Positions 1 to 10,197 of a stretch of DNA of 64,000 nucleotides are shown here, one piece after another. This DNA comes from an uncultured Candidatus Saccharibacteria bacterium (lineage in GTDB: Bacteria; Patescibacteriota; Minisyncoccia; Minisyncoccales; CSSED10-335). The stretch spans positions 195,614-259,613 of the forward strand of contig CAZPFW010000001.1 of NCBI GenBank assembly GCA_964586065.1. Direction: 5' to 3'. The translations under genes and the position numbers were made by a program. The first letter of the stretch is position 1. Every line of letters starts with the position of its first letter. Below the pieces are notes generated by a model. That model made no database searches and was not told the origin of the DNA. It saw only the letters and a list, made by a program, of their open reading frames with translations.

Positions 1-1588
1 CTCCGATATAGAGATCCACCGGCATGAAATATCTTTCTTTTTCGAGATCGACAAGTTCTTTCTCATTATCAGGGTCGATATACCTTAAATAATACCAACA
101 AGATCCGGCCCATTGAGGCATCGTATTGGTTTCACGCTTAGCTGGCCCAGAACATACGGGGCAGTCGGTATTAACCCAATCTGTTATTGCCGCCAAAGGT
201 GATTCACCCGTTCCGGTTGGTTGATACTGTTCAACTTCGGGTAATATTACCGGAAGGTCTTTTTCCGGAACAGGTACGATTCCACATTTCTCACAATGAA
301 CCAAAGGTATCGGTTCTCCCCAATATCTTTGGCGTGAAAAAACCCAATCTCTTATCTTGTAATTAACCGATTCTTGAGCCAAGCCTTTCTCACCCAGCCA
401 CTTGATTATGCCGGGGATCGCTTCGGACGAGCTTATCCCGTTAAATATTCCGGAATTAATCAATTCCCCGTACCCGGTATATATCTCATCTTCAGCTTTA
501 CTTCCCGATATAACCTCTCTTATTTGGCATCCGTGTTTCTTTGCAAACTCATAATCTCTGTCATCATGAGCCGGGACTGACATTATGGCTCCGTAGCCAT
601 AAGATGAGAGAACATAATCGGCGACCCAAATTGGAATATTCTCTCCATTTGCAGGATTGACCGCAAAAAGACCCTTCATCTCTACTCCTGTCTTCTCTTT
701 GGTAATATCGGATCTCTCAATGTCGGTCTTTTCTTTGGCTTGTTCTATATATCTTTTCACTTCATTACCGTTTTGAATCAGATTAATCTTCTTTTTAATG
801 AAAGGATGCTCTGGAGCCAATATTAAAAGAGTTGCTCCAAATATGGTATCTGGGCGAGTTGTGAAAATCTTGATATCTTCATTGTCTGATTTGAATATTA
901 TATCCGCTCCTTCCGACCTGCCAATCCAATTTCTTTGCATCTCTTTTATCTTTTCGGGCCAATTAAGTAAGTCAAGATCATTTAAAAGACGATCGGCGTA
1001 TTTAGTAATCTTGAGAACCCACTGTCTAACATCTTTTTTCCCAACCTTAGTCCCGCACCTCTCACATTCTCCGTTTACAACCTCTTCGTTGGCCAAACCC
1101 GTTTTACAAGAAGGACACCAATTTATCGGCAAATTTGATTCATAAGCCAATCCTTTTTCAAAAAGTTTAATGAATATCCATTGAGTCCATTTGTAATATT
1201 TCGGATCGGTCGTATTTATCTCTCGAGTCCAATCGTATGAAAGTCCCAATAATCTTATCTGATTTTTAAATCTTGCGATATTGTCTTCTGTGGATATTTG
1301 AGGTTGAATACCCGTTTTAAGAGCATGGTTTTCAGCCGGCAATCCGAAAGCGTCCCAACCCATCGGGTGAAGTACATTAAAGCCTTTCATTCTCTTATAG
1401 CGAGAGATGATATCGCTGGCCATATAACCTCTCGGGTGTCCTACATGCAAACCGGATCCTGATGGATAAGGAAACATGTCAAGGCAATAAAATTTGGGAG
1501 TATCTTGAGAATCGGATGTCTTAAATATCTCTCTTTCTTCCCAAACAGCTTGCCATTTAGATTCAACTTTTCGATGATTATACTTCAT
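1..1588 (-). CDS. leuS: Leucyl-tRNA synthetase, N-terminal ~529 aa (gene runs off the left edge of the window)
   Basis: Minus-strand frame is open from the ATG at 1586-1588 to position 1. Translation [45 protein letters not shown] (class I HxGH motif) and ..[25 protein letters not shown] are LeuRS-like. TAATG overlap with the upstream gene stop. Confidence 0.9.
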   Translation of the reverse strand, partial: MKYNHRKVESKWQAVWEEREIFKTSDSQDTPKFYCLDMFPYPSGSGLHVGHPRGYMASDIISRYKRMKGFNVLHPMGWDAFGLPAENHALKTGIQPQISTEDNIARFKNQIRLLGLSYDWTREINTTDPKYYKWTQWIFIKLFEKGLAYESNLPINWCPSCKTGLANEEVVNGECERCGTKVGKKDVRQWVLKITKYADRLLNDLDLLNWPEKIKEMQRNWIGRSEGADIIFKSDNEDIKIFTTRPDTIFGATLLILAPEHPFIKKKINLIQNGNEVKRYIEQAKEKTDIERSDITKEKTGVEMKGLFAVNPANGENIPIWVADYVLSSYGYGAIMSVPAHDDRDYEFAKKHGCQIREVISGSKAEDEIYTGYGELINSGIFNGISSSEAIPGIIKWLGEKGLAQESVNYKIRDWVFSRQRYWGEPIPLVHCEKCGIVPVPEKDLPVILPEVEQYQPTGTGESPLAAITDWVNTDCPVCSGPAKRETNTMPQWAGSCWYYLRYIDPDNEKELVDLEKERYFMPVDLYIG

Positions 1589-2307
1589 TAATCTTCTTTA
1601 ATACACCTGACGGAAAATCCAAACTCCCTCTCCTTCATATTACGCACAAATCCCTTTTCATAAATACCAAGATATCTTCTAATAGCCGTTCTTCTGGTGT
1701 GAGGTGTAGATGTCCAAAAGAAACCGTAAGATCCAAAGGTTTTAAATTGATAAGATCCATCAAAGTGTCCCGCCATGAGTGCGTCAAAACCACTCTCCCC
1801 TCCGGCTATTATTTTATAAAATATATCTCCCGAATAGCGCCAACCCATGAAATCTATTTCTTCTTCATCCATACCGAGAGCTAATTCCATCGCTTTGTAA
1901 TCTTCATCCGAAGGAAGCTTCCAACCTTGAGGGCAGGCTGCCGTAGCTGTTTTCCAGTCATAGAGTCCTCCATAAAGATCACAATTCTCAACATCATCAT
2001 TAAAACATTCTCTTGGAATCTTATTGCCGTTTTTATCTTTTTTTGAGTTAAGGTTTTCCGACATCCAACAGAGATCCCCTATCTTCACTGTTTTATAGCT
2101 GTTGCCCTCAAAATCCGTGACATAAGACTCTCCACAAACGAAAGTCTTGTCTTCCTTTTCCGTCTCTATCTTTACAGATTCTCCTTCTTCGTTTGAGATT
2201 TTCAATTCTTCATTATTAGATCTCACTAAGATGCCGATTGCCGCCAAAACAATGACTATTATTAAGACGATTACTACATTTTTAATACTGAAAACTTTTT
2301 TATTCAT
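1588..2307 (-). CDS. TM-anchored secreted protein with Fibrobacter succinogenes major paralogous (Fib_succ_major/TIGR02145-like) domain
   Basis: N-terminal hydrophobic helix. Motifs [45 protein letters not shown] are typical of this domain. Paralogue at 19969-20637. Confidence 0.7.
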   Translation of the reverse strand: MNKKVFSIKNVVIVLIIVIVLAAIGILVRSNNEELKISNEEGESVKIETEKEDKTFVCGESYVTDFEGNSYKTVKIGDLCWMSENLNSKKDKNGNKIPRECFNDDVENCDLYGGLYDWKTATAACPQGWKLPSDEDYKAMELALGMDEEEIDFMGWRYSGDIFYKIIAGGESGFDALMAGHFDGSYQFKTFGSYGFFWTSTPHTRRTAIRRYLGIYEKGFVRNMKEREFGFSVRCIKED

Positions 2308-2380
2308 GTTTTATAATCTTTATTTGAAATACTTCAATTTCTTAAATTAAGGTTACAAGATAGAGTCAAAAAATCAAGAT

Positions 2381-3142
2381 CTATATTCTAAAAAGATTTC
2401 TTGCGTTCTTGTTGGTAGCTTCCGTTAAAAAATCAACGCTTTCACCTCTCTGTTGAGCTAAAAACTCAATCACATCTTCAATGAAAGAAGGCTCATTTCT
2501 TCCCTCTCTTCGGGGCGGAGTCAGATAAGGGCAATCAGTCTCAACAAGAATTCTGTCAATCGGAGCTCTCTTTATTGTATCGTTCAGGTCAAGCTTAAAG
2601 ACAATTCCATTAAATCCGAGAAAAAATCCCAAATCAAGATAAGATTGGGCATCTTGCCAACTCCCAGTAAAACAATGAATCACGCCTCTTGCCTTGTGTT
2701 TGGACAAGACATCTATCATTTTACTGTGGGCAGATCTGCAATGAACAATCATCGGTAGATCCATTTCTTGAGCCAATTGAAGTTGATCCTCGAATACTTT
2801 TATCTGATTTACCTGAAACTCATCTCTTTTCGACCTACTTTTTGGCCTGTTATAATTATCTATACCGGCCTCTCCAACAGCAACTACCTTATCCGATGAC
2901 GCTATTTTGAAGTACCTGTCGCGATCAAAACCGTCCGCCGTATGAATTGGATGAAGTCCTACGGACGCATAAACTCCCTCATCGTACTTTTGAGCAATCT
3001 CAACGGCCCTTTTTGACGTTTCGTATTGAGAGCCAACGTTTATCATCCATATCCCTTCTTTAATTGATCTTTTAATTACCGCGTCGCAATCAGATTCAAA
3101 ATCTCTAAAATTAAGATGGGCATGAGTATCTATTATCTTCAT
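2381..3142 (-). CDS. TatD-family metal-dependent hydrolase/DNase
   Basis: MKIIDTHAHLNF start, internal HCR/HCF histidine motifs, ETDCPYL near the C-terminus, ~253 aa; classic TatD layout. Confidence 0.85.
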   Translation of the reverse strand: MKIIDTHAHLNFRDFESDCDAVIKRSIKEGIWMINVGSQYETSKRAVEIAQKYDEGVYASVGLHPIHTADGFDRDRYFKIASSDKVVAVGEAGIDNYNRPKSRSKRDEFQVNQIKVFEDQLQLAQEMDLPMIVHCRSAHSKMIDVLSKHKARGVIHCFTGSWQDAQSYLDLGFFLGFNGIVFKLDLNDTIKRAPIDRILVETDCPYLTPPRREGRNEPSFIEDVIEFLAQQRGESVDFLTEATNKNARNLFRI

Positions 3143-3219
3143 ACCATGATTATATGATGAATTTGAAGTAAAATCAAAGAGAAAGGAGCTTTCAATAAAG
3201 CTCCTTTTGAAGATAAGAA

Positions 3220-3597
3220 TTATCTTCCCATCTCCTTAAGATTTTCCAGCGGAACAACAAGCCTAAAGCGATCCTCTCCTAAAACTTCATTTTCAATTAT
3301 TTGTCTCAATTTGTAGAAAAGGTCGCGCCACCAGAGATGGTCAATCTCTTTTTCAGCTCCTTCTGCATAACCAATTGCACAAAAACCAAAGTGTTGATAA
3401 AGTGCAAACCTTCTACGATGGGTGCCTTTCCCGTTATGCCTCTTTTTTGGATGTTTCCCGATAATAATAACTTTCTTTTGAATCTTTTCTAATTGTTCTC
3501 GATTTGTAAAAAGAGTCTGAAATCCGCAGGCGCTTAAAGCTTTAAACGTAGTTTGAAGAGCTTGATCGCCCTCGGATACACCAACTAAAATAATCAC
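3220..3597 (-). CDS. Small hypothetical protein P1 (paralogue of 3880-4329)
   Basis: The ORF track gives a TTG start at 3624. I prefer GTG at 3597 because AGGAGG (3609-3604) lies 6 nt upstream. N-terminus VIILVGVSEGD parallels MVKVVFLIGDAKE of the neighbour. No family recognised. Confidence 0.5.
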   Translation of the reverse strand: MIILVGVSEGDQALQTTFKALSACGFQTLFTNREQLEKIQKKVIIIGKHPKKRHNGKGTHRRRFALYQHFGFCAIGYAEGAEKEIDHLWWRDLFYKLRQIIENEVLGEDRFRLVVPLENLKEMGR

Positions 3598-3655
3598 ATC
3601 TTCCCTCCTTTTCGCTGGTTTCAATTGTTAAGGAACAAGTCGCTGAAATAAAAAG

Positions 3656-3725
3656 CTCCCCTTTTTCTTTTGAGGGGAGATTATCGATTTACTTGCGACT
3701 TCTTATTAAGATGAAGACTCCCCCC
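3656..3725 (-). promoter_or_regulatory. Leader with mutually exclusive helices (candidate attenuator or riboswitch expression platform) upstream of P1
   Basis: Minus-strand RNA: GGGGGGAG (3725-3718) .. CTCCCC (3679-3674) .. GGGGAG (3661-3656) followed by CTTTTTATTT. The central CTCCCC can pair with either G-run; the 3' alternative is a terminator hairpin plus U-tract. Confidence 0.4.
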
Positions 3726-3805
3726 ACACAAAAGAACTGATCTTTGTAAAGATTGATCTTATTACTTTTGATCTATATTGTGCGGTGAAAATGTTCATCG
3801 TCTTT

Positions 3806-3835
3806 ATTCTATAATTCAAACATTAGTTTTGTCAA
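3806..3835 (-). promoter_or_regulatory. Sigma70-type promoter for P1 leader
   Basis: TTGACA (3835-3830), 18-nt spacer, TAGAAT (3811-3806) on the minus strand. Confidence 0.45.
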
Positions 3836-3843
3836 GACAGTGG

Positions 3844-3868
3844 AAAAGCGAGCAAAGCTCGCTTTTTT
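3844..3868 (-). terminator. Rho-independent terminator after gene 3880-4329 (symmetrical, could act on both strands)
   Basis: GCGAGC-AAA-GCTCGC stem-loop flanked by an A-run and a T-run, 12 nt downstream of the stop at 3880. Confidence 0.6.
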
Positions 3869-3879
3869 AGTGATCATTG

Positions 3880-4329
3880 TTAAAGGGCGAGTCTACCCTC
3901 TTGCATTTCTTTTTCGTGATTGAAAAAAAGAACAGACGCTATCTCATTAACATCCCCGTAACTAATTTTATTAAGAAGAATTACCAGGAAGTAACCCAGT
4001 TGATATCTCTTATTCGATCTGTTACCAAATCCGGCTTCGTTAATCGCTCTTTTCTCTTTGTCAGTGGCAATAATCACTGTTTCTCTTGGGTCAACACAGA
4101 GACGTCCAATAATTTCAGGGATCTTATGAACCCTTCTACTATCAAGCGTAATAAACAGAAAAGAAAAGACTCTTTTATCTCCCTTCCTCTCTATTGCTCT
4201 CGCCTCCAAAGGTGTTCCGTTAATTTTTGTTTTGGATGGACTAAGAGTTCGCACCCCCTTCTTAGTCTTTCCACTCCAAAGGTCAACAACTTCTTTTGCA
4301 TCACCAATTAAAAAAACTACCTTTACCAA
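3880..4329 (-). CDS. Small hypothetical protein P2 (paralogue of 3220-3597)
   Basis: TTG start preceded by AAGGAGGG. Shares segments with P1 (VVFLIGD/VIILVGV; ETVIIATDKEKR/KKVIIIGKHPKKR; RYQLGYF..ISYGD/RFALYQHF..IGYAEG; EKEMQEGR/NLKEMGR). No family recognised. Confidence 0.5.
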   Translation of the reverse strand: MVKVVFLIGDAKEVVDLWSGKTKKGVRTLSPSKTKINGTPLEARAIERKGDKRVFSFLFITLDSRRVHKIPEIIGRLCVDPRETVIIATDKEKRAINEAGFGNRSNKRYQLGYFLVILLNKISYGDVNEIASVLFFNHEKEMQEGRLAL

Positions 4330-4380
4330 TTTTTGAACCCTCCTTTTTTAAAACGGATAATATATCCGCGTACTATTTAA

Positions 4381-4408
4381 ATTATAAACTATTGTGCAAT
4401 TTTGTCAA
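4381..4408 (-). promoter_or_regulatory. Near-consensus sigma70-type promoter for P2
   Basis: TTGACA (4408-4403, overlapping the metG stop), 16-nt spacer, TATAAT (4386-4381). The leader contains a small hairpin CGGATA-ATA-TATCCG (4354-4368) followed by T4. Confidence 0.5.
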
Positions 4409-5835
4409 ATCTTCTCAAAAAGATTATCTCTTTTTCCTTGAGATATCTGATTGAAGATTTTAGCGGATGTTTTTGGCATAAAAGGCTCAATCATCTCTCC
4501 TATTGAGTATATCAAGTAGATCAATTCTTTTATAATCAAATCACTTCCCTCTCTTCTCTCCCAAGGACGGTTTCTTTCAATATATTTGTCTGCAAATGAG
4601 ATCAACTTCCATATTTCCTCAAGAGCGCTGTTGAACTTGAACTCCAACATCAACTCATTCTTTTTTTCAGATATCTTTTCTATCTCTTCTATGAAGCTTG
4701 GTCTTATCTTTATCGAGTCGGAAAGTTTGATTTGTGATTTTAGCGCCATCGAGAAAACTCTTGCGACAAGATTTCCCAATCCATCAGCAAGATCAGCATT
4801 ATACCTATCTCTGAATTTTTCTTGACTGAAATCACCGTCTTCTGTCGGATTCATTTCTCTTAAAAAGAAGTATCTGACCGGGTCTGATCCATACCGATCA
4901 ATAAGATCAAACGGATCAACGACATTACCAAGACTCTTTGACATTTTTTGTCCGTTTATCGTTAAAAATCCATGGATAAATATCTTTTTGGGAAGAGGCA
5001 ATTTTGCCGAAAGAAGCATTCCCGGCCAAATAAGCGCATGAAATTTTGATATATCTTTCCCTATAAAATGAACATCAGCGGGCCAATAATCATTAAAAGA
5101 GCTCTCATCTCGACCGTAACCGATTGCCGAAACATAATTAACTAAAGCATCTCCCCAAACATAGATTAGTTTACTCTCATCTCCCGGAACAGGGATCCCC
5201 CAACCGATTTTCTCTTTCGGTCTTGAAAAGCTTACATCTTCCAACCCTTTCTCAATGAAATGGATTAATTCGTTTTTCCTGTTATGAGGAATAATCTCTA
5301 TCTCATTATTTTTAATGATGTTCATTATCTTTTTGGAATATTTTGAAAGTTTGAAAAAGTGATTCTTCTCTCTAATCTTTTCCGGTTCCGTTTTATGATA
5401 AGGACATTTTCCGTCAATCAAATCTTTTTCTCTAATGAAAGTTTCACAACCGACACAATAAAGCCCTTGATAATCTTTTTCATAGATATCGCCCGAATTC
5501 TCCATCGCCTTCCAAAACTTTGAAACGCCGGGCCAATGTTTCTCTTTATCAGTTGTTCTTATAAAACAATCATTTGAAATATCAAGCTCTTGCGTCAGTT
5601 TTCTAAACCTTGATGAGATTTCGTCACAAAATTCTTTTGGATCTTTACCAAGATCCTTCGCTTTTCGAGCAATCTTTAATCCATGTTCATCGGTTCCCGT
5701 CAGAAACATCACACTGTGCCCAATTGATCGATTATACCTGGCCACGAGATCGGCTTGAATCAATTCAAGGGCAAATCCAATGTGAGGTGGTGCATTGGTA
5801 TAAGCAATACTGGTTGTTATGTAGAATTTTTTCAT
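4405..5835 (-). CDS. metG: Methionyl-tRNA synthetase (short form)
   Basis: ITTSIAYTNAPPHIGFALE (HIGH-type), KMSKSLGN (KMSKS), Cys-rich knuckle CVGCETF..CPYH, 476 aa. Confidence 0.92.
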   Translation of the reverse strand: MKKFYITTSIAYTNAPPHIGFALELIQADLVARYNRSIGHSVMFLTGTDEHGLKIARKAKDLGKDPKEFCDEISSRFRKLTQELDISNDCFIRTTDKEKHWPGVSKFWKAMENSGDIYEKDYQGLYCVGCETFIREKDLIDGKCPYHKTEPEKIREKNHFFKLSKYSKKIMNIIKNNEIEIIPHNRKNELIHFIEKGLEDVSFSRPKEKIGWGIPVPGDESKLIYVWGDALVNYVSAIGYGRDESSFNDYWPADVHFIGKDISKFHALIWPGMLLSAKLPLPKKIFIHGFLTINGQKMSKSLGNVVDPFDLIDRYGSDPVRYFFLREMNPTEDGDFSQEKFRDRYNADLADGLGNLVARVFSMALKSQIKLSDSIKIRPSFIEEIEKISEKKNELMLEFKFNSALEEIWKLISFADKYIERNRPWERREGSDLIIKELIYLIYSIGEMIEPFMPKTSAKIFNQISQGKRDNLFEKI

Positions 5836-6515
5836 CTTATTATTATAGTGAATTCTCCTTTAATCGGCTCCTTTTTAATCTTGTCTAAGACATCTGCCAC
5901 TTCACCCCTGTAAATTATTTCAAACTTTTTAGTCAACTCTCTTCCGACAACGACTTCTCTTTTTGGATTAATTTTAATGAGATCGCCCATTGTTTTTAAA
6001 ATACGATGCATCGATTCATATAATATTACCGGATATTGGGAAGAAGTAATCTCGTCAAAAAATTGACTTCTTCTTTTTTTAGTCGGCGGGAACCCCAAGA
6101 AAAGGAACTTATCAACCGGAAACCCAGATATCGAAGCCATAGCGGTAAGAGCGCTCGGCCCGGGAATTGGTACTATTTCGGCATCATCCCCAAACCTTTT
6201 AACGATTGATTCTATTAAAAATCCCCCGGGATCAGATATAGCGGGAGTTCCCGCATCGGTAATTAACGCGATCTCTTTTCCGTCTTCAATAAGAGAGAGT
6301 ATCTTATTGATCTTCTCGATTTTACTATGTTGATGATAACTTATAAGCGGTTTTTTAATATTATAAAAGGAGAGGAGTTTCAAAGCTCTTCTCGTGTCTT
6401 CACAAAGAATAAAATCTACCGCATTCAAAGTTTCAACAGATCTGAAAGTAATATCCTTAAGATTTCCGAGAGGAGTTGCTATAACATAGAGTACTCCCAT
6501 AAAACTACAGATCAA
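5832..6515 (-). CDS. rsmI: 16S rRNA (cytidine1402-2'-O)-methyltransferase
   Basis: GVLYVIATPLGNLKDITFRSVETLNAVDFILCEDTRR and TDAGTPAISDPG motifs are typical of RsmI tetrapyrrole-methylase-fold proteins. Confidence 0.85.
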   Translation of the reverse strand: MICSFMGVLYVIATPLGNLKDITFRSVETLNAVDFILCEDTRRALKLLSFYNIKKPLISYHQHSKIEKINKILSLIEDGKEIALITDAGTPAISDPGGFLIESIVKRFGDDAEIVPIPGPSALTAMASISGFPVDKFLFLGFPPTKKRRSQFFDEITSSQYPVILYESMHRILKTMGDLIKINPKREVVVGRELTKKFEIIYRGEVADVLDKIKKEPIKGEFTIIIR

Positions 6516-7533
6516 TAACCTCTATCCTCTTTTTCCTTTTCAAGAATTCCTTTAAAAACTCAAAGGTGATTCCCATCAAAGGAATCGCCAATAATGCTCC
6601 GAGCATTCCCCAAAGAGTTCCTCCCACAGACAATGCAAGTATAACAAGAACCGGTGAGAGGCCGATAAACGTTTTTGATAAGATCGGAGTCATTAAGCCT
6701 CCGTCAAGCATCTGAATGACAATGAAAGCTATTAAGATAAAAATTGCCTTTGGTAAACTGTCTATGGCTGTAATGAGAAATATAAACGCACCTGACACCA
6801 GAGGTCCGATATAAAGAATGAAATTAAAAACTCCGGCTATCAAACCAAAAGAGAGCGGATATTTAATCCCGGCCACTAAAGCAGAGACATAGGTTGCTAC
6901 CCCGACGAAAGAGCAAACCACAATTCTTGATAAAAACCAGCCGCTTACCTGTTTTTGACTTTTTTCCCAAAGATGGAGCGCTGATTTCTCATACTTTTTA
7001 GGGAAAATCACCCTTATCGTTCTTTCGATTAAGTTGCCTTCAAGAGATATGAAAAAAGCAGTTGTCATAACAAAAAATGTCTTGGCGAGACCCCCAAATA
7101 AAGCAAAGGATGCGTTGAAGATTGCCGCAGTCAATTCTCTAAGAGAGCCTTTAGTCACTTCGATGAAGTTTTCAATATCTTCAAACGCATGAATACCAAG
7201 ATCTGAAAGTGTTGGCGAAAGGTCTCTAAAATAAATCGGCATCACTCTTGAAAATTGTTCAACTTCCGTTATTAAAACTGAAACTATAAAATACAGTGTT
7301 ACGGAAAGAATCCCAAAAACTGCGAGATACATCAAAGAAGTCGCAATGACTCTCGGAATCTTAAGTCTCATTAAAAACTCAATCCCCGGTTTAAAAAGAA
7401 TAGAGATGATAAGAGCGAATATGAACCAGACTAAAATATCTTTCACATTAAAAAGAATATAAAACCCGATTATCGCTATCGCAACTTTGGATACCGTCTC
7501 CCAAGAAAGATCCAAGGTTTTTTCATTATTCAT
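6505..7533 (-). CDS. AI-2E family (PerM/UPF0118) transporter
   Basis: 342-aa polytopic membrane protein with the AI-2E-like hydrophobic pattern and C-terminal GALLAIPL motif. Confidence 0.75.
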   Translation of the reverse strand: MNNEKTLDLSWETVSKVAIAIIGFYILFNVKDILVWFIFALIISILFKPGIEFLMRLKIPRVIATSLMYLAVFGILSVTLYFIVSVLITEVEQFSRVMPIYFRDLSPTLSDLGIHAFEDIENFIEVTKGSLRELTAAIFNASFALFGGLAKTFFVMTTAFFISLEGNLIERTIRVIFPKKYEKSALHLWEKSQKQVSGWFLSRIVVCSFVGVATYVSALVAGIKYPLSFGLIAGVFNFILYIGPLVSGAFIFLITAIDSLPKAIFILIAFIVIQMLDGGLMTPILSKTFIGLSPVLVILALSVGGTLWGMLGALLAIPLMGITFEFLKEFLKRKKRIEVIDL

Positions 7534-8792
7534 CTTTTTATCATATTTTTAAGTTCGTCTTGATTAATTGAGCCGACAACGGCAAGGTTAAGATTTTCCG
7601 GTTTGAAGATGTCTTTCGATACGGTCAAAACATCTTCCTCTCTTACTTTGTCAATCTCATCAAATATCTTCTCTATTGGATCTATCTCTCCTTTCAAAAG
7701 TTCTTGATTTCCAAAAAAGTAAGCTTGAGCATCGGAAGTCTCCAACGATATCGTCAATCTTCCTTTTATATTCTCCTTTGCTTTCTTCAGTTCCTCGGAA
7801 GGAACTTTCGATGTTGTCATCTTGTTATATTCCTCGATAATTGCTTCTACAGCTCGCCCCACATTTCTATTATCCACCCCAGCTTGAGTCACCACAAAAC
7901 CCGTATCGGTATAAGAATCATAGCTTGTTCTTACATAATAAGCGAGTCCCAATTCTTCTCTAATCTTAACAAACAGCCTGGAGCTCATCATCTTACCTAA
8001 AACGGTCTCTATTATATTTAAAACCCTTCTTTTCGGGTGAAAGATGTCATAAGCTCTTACTCCCAAACAAAGATGCGTTTGGTCTGTCTCTCTATTCTCA
8101 ACCAATACTTGAGGCTCGACTTGGTTTTCTATAACGGGTTCTTTAGAAGGGGCTTCTCCTTCCTTGGTGTTAAAGAAGGCTTTCTCTACCTTTTCTCTGG
8201 CAATATCGGGATTAATACTGCCTGCAACACAGACAATTGTCCCCGAAGTAATATAATTTTTCTCTTTGTACTCTTTTAAATCACCTCTTGTTATTGATGT
8301 AACACTCTCTTTGGTACCTGCAATGTCCCATCCGGCCGGCTGATCGTCATAGAGCAAGTTAGTCCAAACTTGCTGTACGTAGTTCATCGGATGATCTTTT
8401 ATCATATTTATCTCTTCTATAATCACTCCCTTCTCTTTCTCCACTTCTTGAGCGGGAATTTTTGAGTTGATGAATATATCGGAAATCCAATCCAAGGCCG
8501 TATCAAAATGAGAAGATGCCACTTTAACATAATATCCGGTGTATTCTTCTCCGGTAAATGCATTGTAAGATCCTCCGATCTTATCAATAGTTTCCGCCAC
8601 ATCCTTTGGATTTGACCTTTTATCGGTTCCTTTAAAGAGCATATGTTCTAAAAAATGAGATATTCCGTTCAATTCTTTTCTTTCGTACTTTGATCCAATT
8701 CTCACTAAAACCAATATGGTAACAGTTTTACTGTTCTCTAAAGGAATTGTTATTATTCTCAATCCGTTAGAAGTTTTTGTTTTATTAACCAT
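7530..8792 (-). CDS. M16-family (pitrilysin/insulinase-like) zinc peptidase
   Basis: Inverted zinc motif HFLEHMLFKGT near the N-terminus, 420 aa. Confidence 0.85.
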   Translation of the reverse strand: MVNKTKTSNGLRIITIPLENSKTVTILVLVRIGSKYERKELNGISHFLEHMLFKGTDKRSNPKDVAETIDKIGGSYNAFTGEEYTGYYVKVASSHFDTALDWISDIFINSKIPAQEVEKEKGVIIEEINMIKDHPMNYVQQVWTNLLYDDQPAGWDIAGTKESVTSITRGDLKEYKEKNYITSGTIVCVAGSINPDIAREKVEKAFFNTKEGEAPSKEPVIENQVEPQVLVENRETDQTHLCLGVRAYDIFHPKRRVLNIIETVLGKMMSSRLFVKIREELGLAYYVRTSYDSYTDTGFVVTQAGVDNRNVGRAVEAIIEEYNKMTTSKVPSEELKKAKENIKGRLTISLETSDAQAYFFGNQELLKGEIDPIEKIFDEIDKVREEDVLTVSKDIFKPENLNLAVVGSINQDELKNMIKR

Positions 8793-10197
8793 CTATCTTT
8801 TCTTTAATGTGATTTAACAAATCGACAACCTTCACTCTCTCTTGTTTCATAGTGTCGCGCTCCCTTATAGTAACTCGATCGTCATCAAGAGTGTCAAAGT
8901 CAATTGTCACGGCAAAAGGAGTTCCTATCTCGTCTTGCCTTCTATACCTTCTTCCAATTGTTCCCGATTCATCATAATCGCAAATGAAATCTTTCTTAAC
9001 CTCCTCGTATATCTCCTTGGCTTTTGCAATCAGCTCTGCGTTGTTTCTAACTAATGGAAGAATCGCTATCTTAATCGGAGCAAGCCAAGGTGGAAATTTC
9101 ATTAAGATTCGCTTTTCCCCTTCTGAAACATCTTCTTCTTCATAGGCTTCTGAAAGGACTGCCATTATGGTCCTCTCCACTCCAAACGACGGCTCTATGA
9201 CATGAGGCCAAAATTCTTCTTTGGTTAACGGATCACGGTATCTCATGTTTTCACCCGAACTTTCTTGATGGCTTTTTAAATCAAAGTCCGTTCTATAGGC
9301 TAATCCATAAAGCTCTTTTACTCCAAATGGAAACTTATACTCAAAATCGATCGTCTTTTTTGAATAATGAGCTAACTCTTCATTCGGAATATCAACCTCA
9401 TACAGATTCTCATCCGATATTCCCAATAAAGATATCCAGTTCCTCATTGCAACCCTCCACTCTTCAAAAACTTTTTGCCATTCTTTGTCATCTTTGGGCG
9501 GTCGAATAAAATATTCGATCTCCATCTGCTCAAACTCTCGAGTTCTGAAGATAAAATTACCCGGTGTAATCTCATTTCTAAAAGCTTTCCCCATTTGAGC
9601 AATTCCAAAAGGAAGTGTTTTTCTCGAAGATCCAATGATATTTTTAAAGTTAACAAACATTCCTTGAGCTGTCTCCGGTCTTAAATAAACCTTGCTTCCC
9701 TCATCATCAATGGGACCAAGCGATGTTTTAAACATCAGATTAAAGCTCCTTATGGATCCAAGAGCATCGGCTCCGCAATTAGGACATTTCCCTGCAATCT
9801 CGCGTACTTTCTTCTCTTTTTCATCATCATTCAACATATCAATTGAATCTTTCTCTCTATTCCAAATATCTTCTCCGATAAGATGATCGGCGCGAAATCG
9901 GCGATGACAGTTTTTGCATTCAATTAAAGGATCTGAAAAACCACTTAAATGACCCGACGCTTCCCAAACCTTTGAGTTCATTATTATTGCACTGTCAATT
10001 CCAACTATATCAGATCTGCCTTGTACAAAAATCTCCCACCATTTAGATTTTATGTTATTCTTAAGTTCGATTCCGAGAGGTCCAAAATCCCATGAGTTAG
10101 CCAAACCTCCATAAATCTGAGATGAAGGAAAGATAAATCCTCTTCTCTTACAGAGACTCACTATCTTATCCATCTTTTTGTCTTCGATATTTACCAT
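8785..10197 (-). CDS. glyQS: Glycyl-tRNA synthetase (dimeric GlyQS type)
   Basis: KIVSLCKRRGFIFPSSQIYGGLANSWDFGPLG.., FRNEITPGNFIFRTREFEQMEIEYF (class II motifs), 470 aa. Confidence 0.92.
   Translation of the reverse strand: MVNIEDKKMDKIVSLCKRRGFIFPSSQIYGGLANSWDFGPLGIELKNNIKSKWWEIFVQGRSDIVGIDSAIIMNSKVWEASGHLSGFSDPLIECKNCHRRFRADHLIGEDIWNREKDSIDMLNDDEKEKKVREIAGKCPNCGADALGSIRSFNLMFKTSLGPIDDEGSKVYLRPETAQGMFVNFKNIIGSSRKTLPFGIAQMGKAFRNEITPGNFIFRTREFEQMEIEYFIRPPKDDKEWQKVFEEWRVAMRNWISLLGISDENLYEVDIPNEELAHYSKKTIDFEYKFPFGVKELYGLAYRTDFDLKSHQESSGENMRYRDPLTKEEFWPHVIEPSFGVERTIMAVLSEAYEEEDVSEGEKRILMKFPPWLAPIKIAILPLVRNNAELIAKAKEIYEEVKKDFICDYDESGTIGRRYRRQDEIGTPFAVTIDFDTLDDDRVTIRERDTMKQERVKVVDLLNHIKEKIDG

Noticed and set aside
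3877-4311. 144-aa plus-strand ORF opposite P2
   Set aside because: It has no SD or promoter and gives a low-complexity, Cys/Phe-rich translation. The minus-strand ORF has AAGGAGGG plus a start, a consensus promoter, a terminator and a paralogue.
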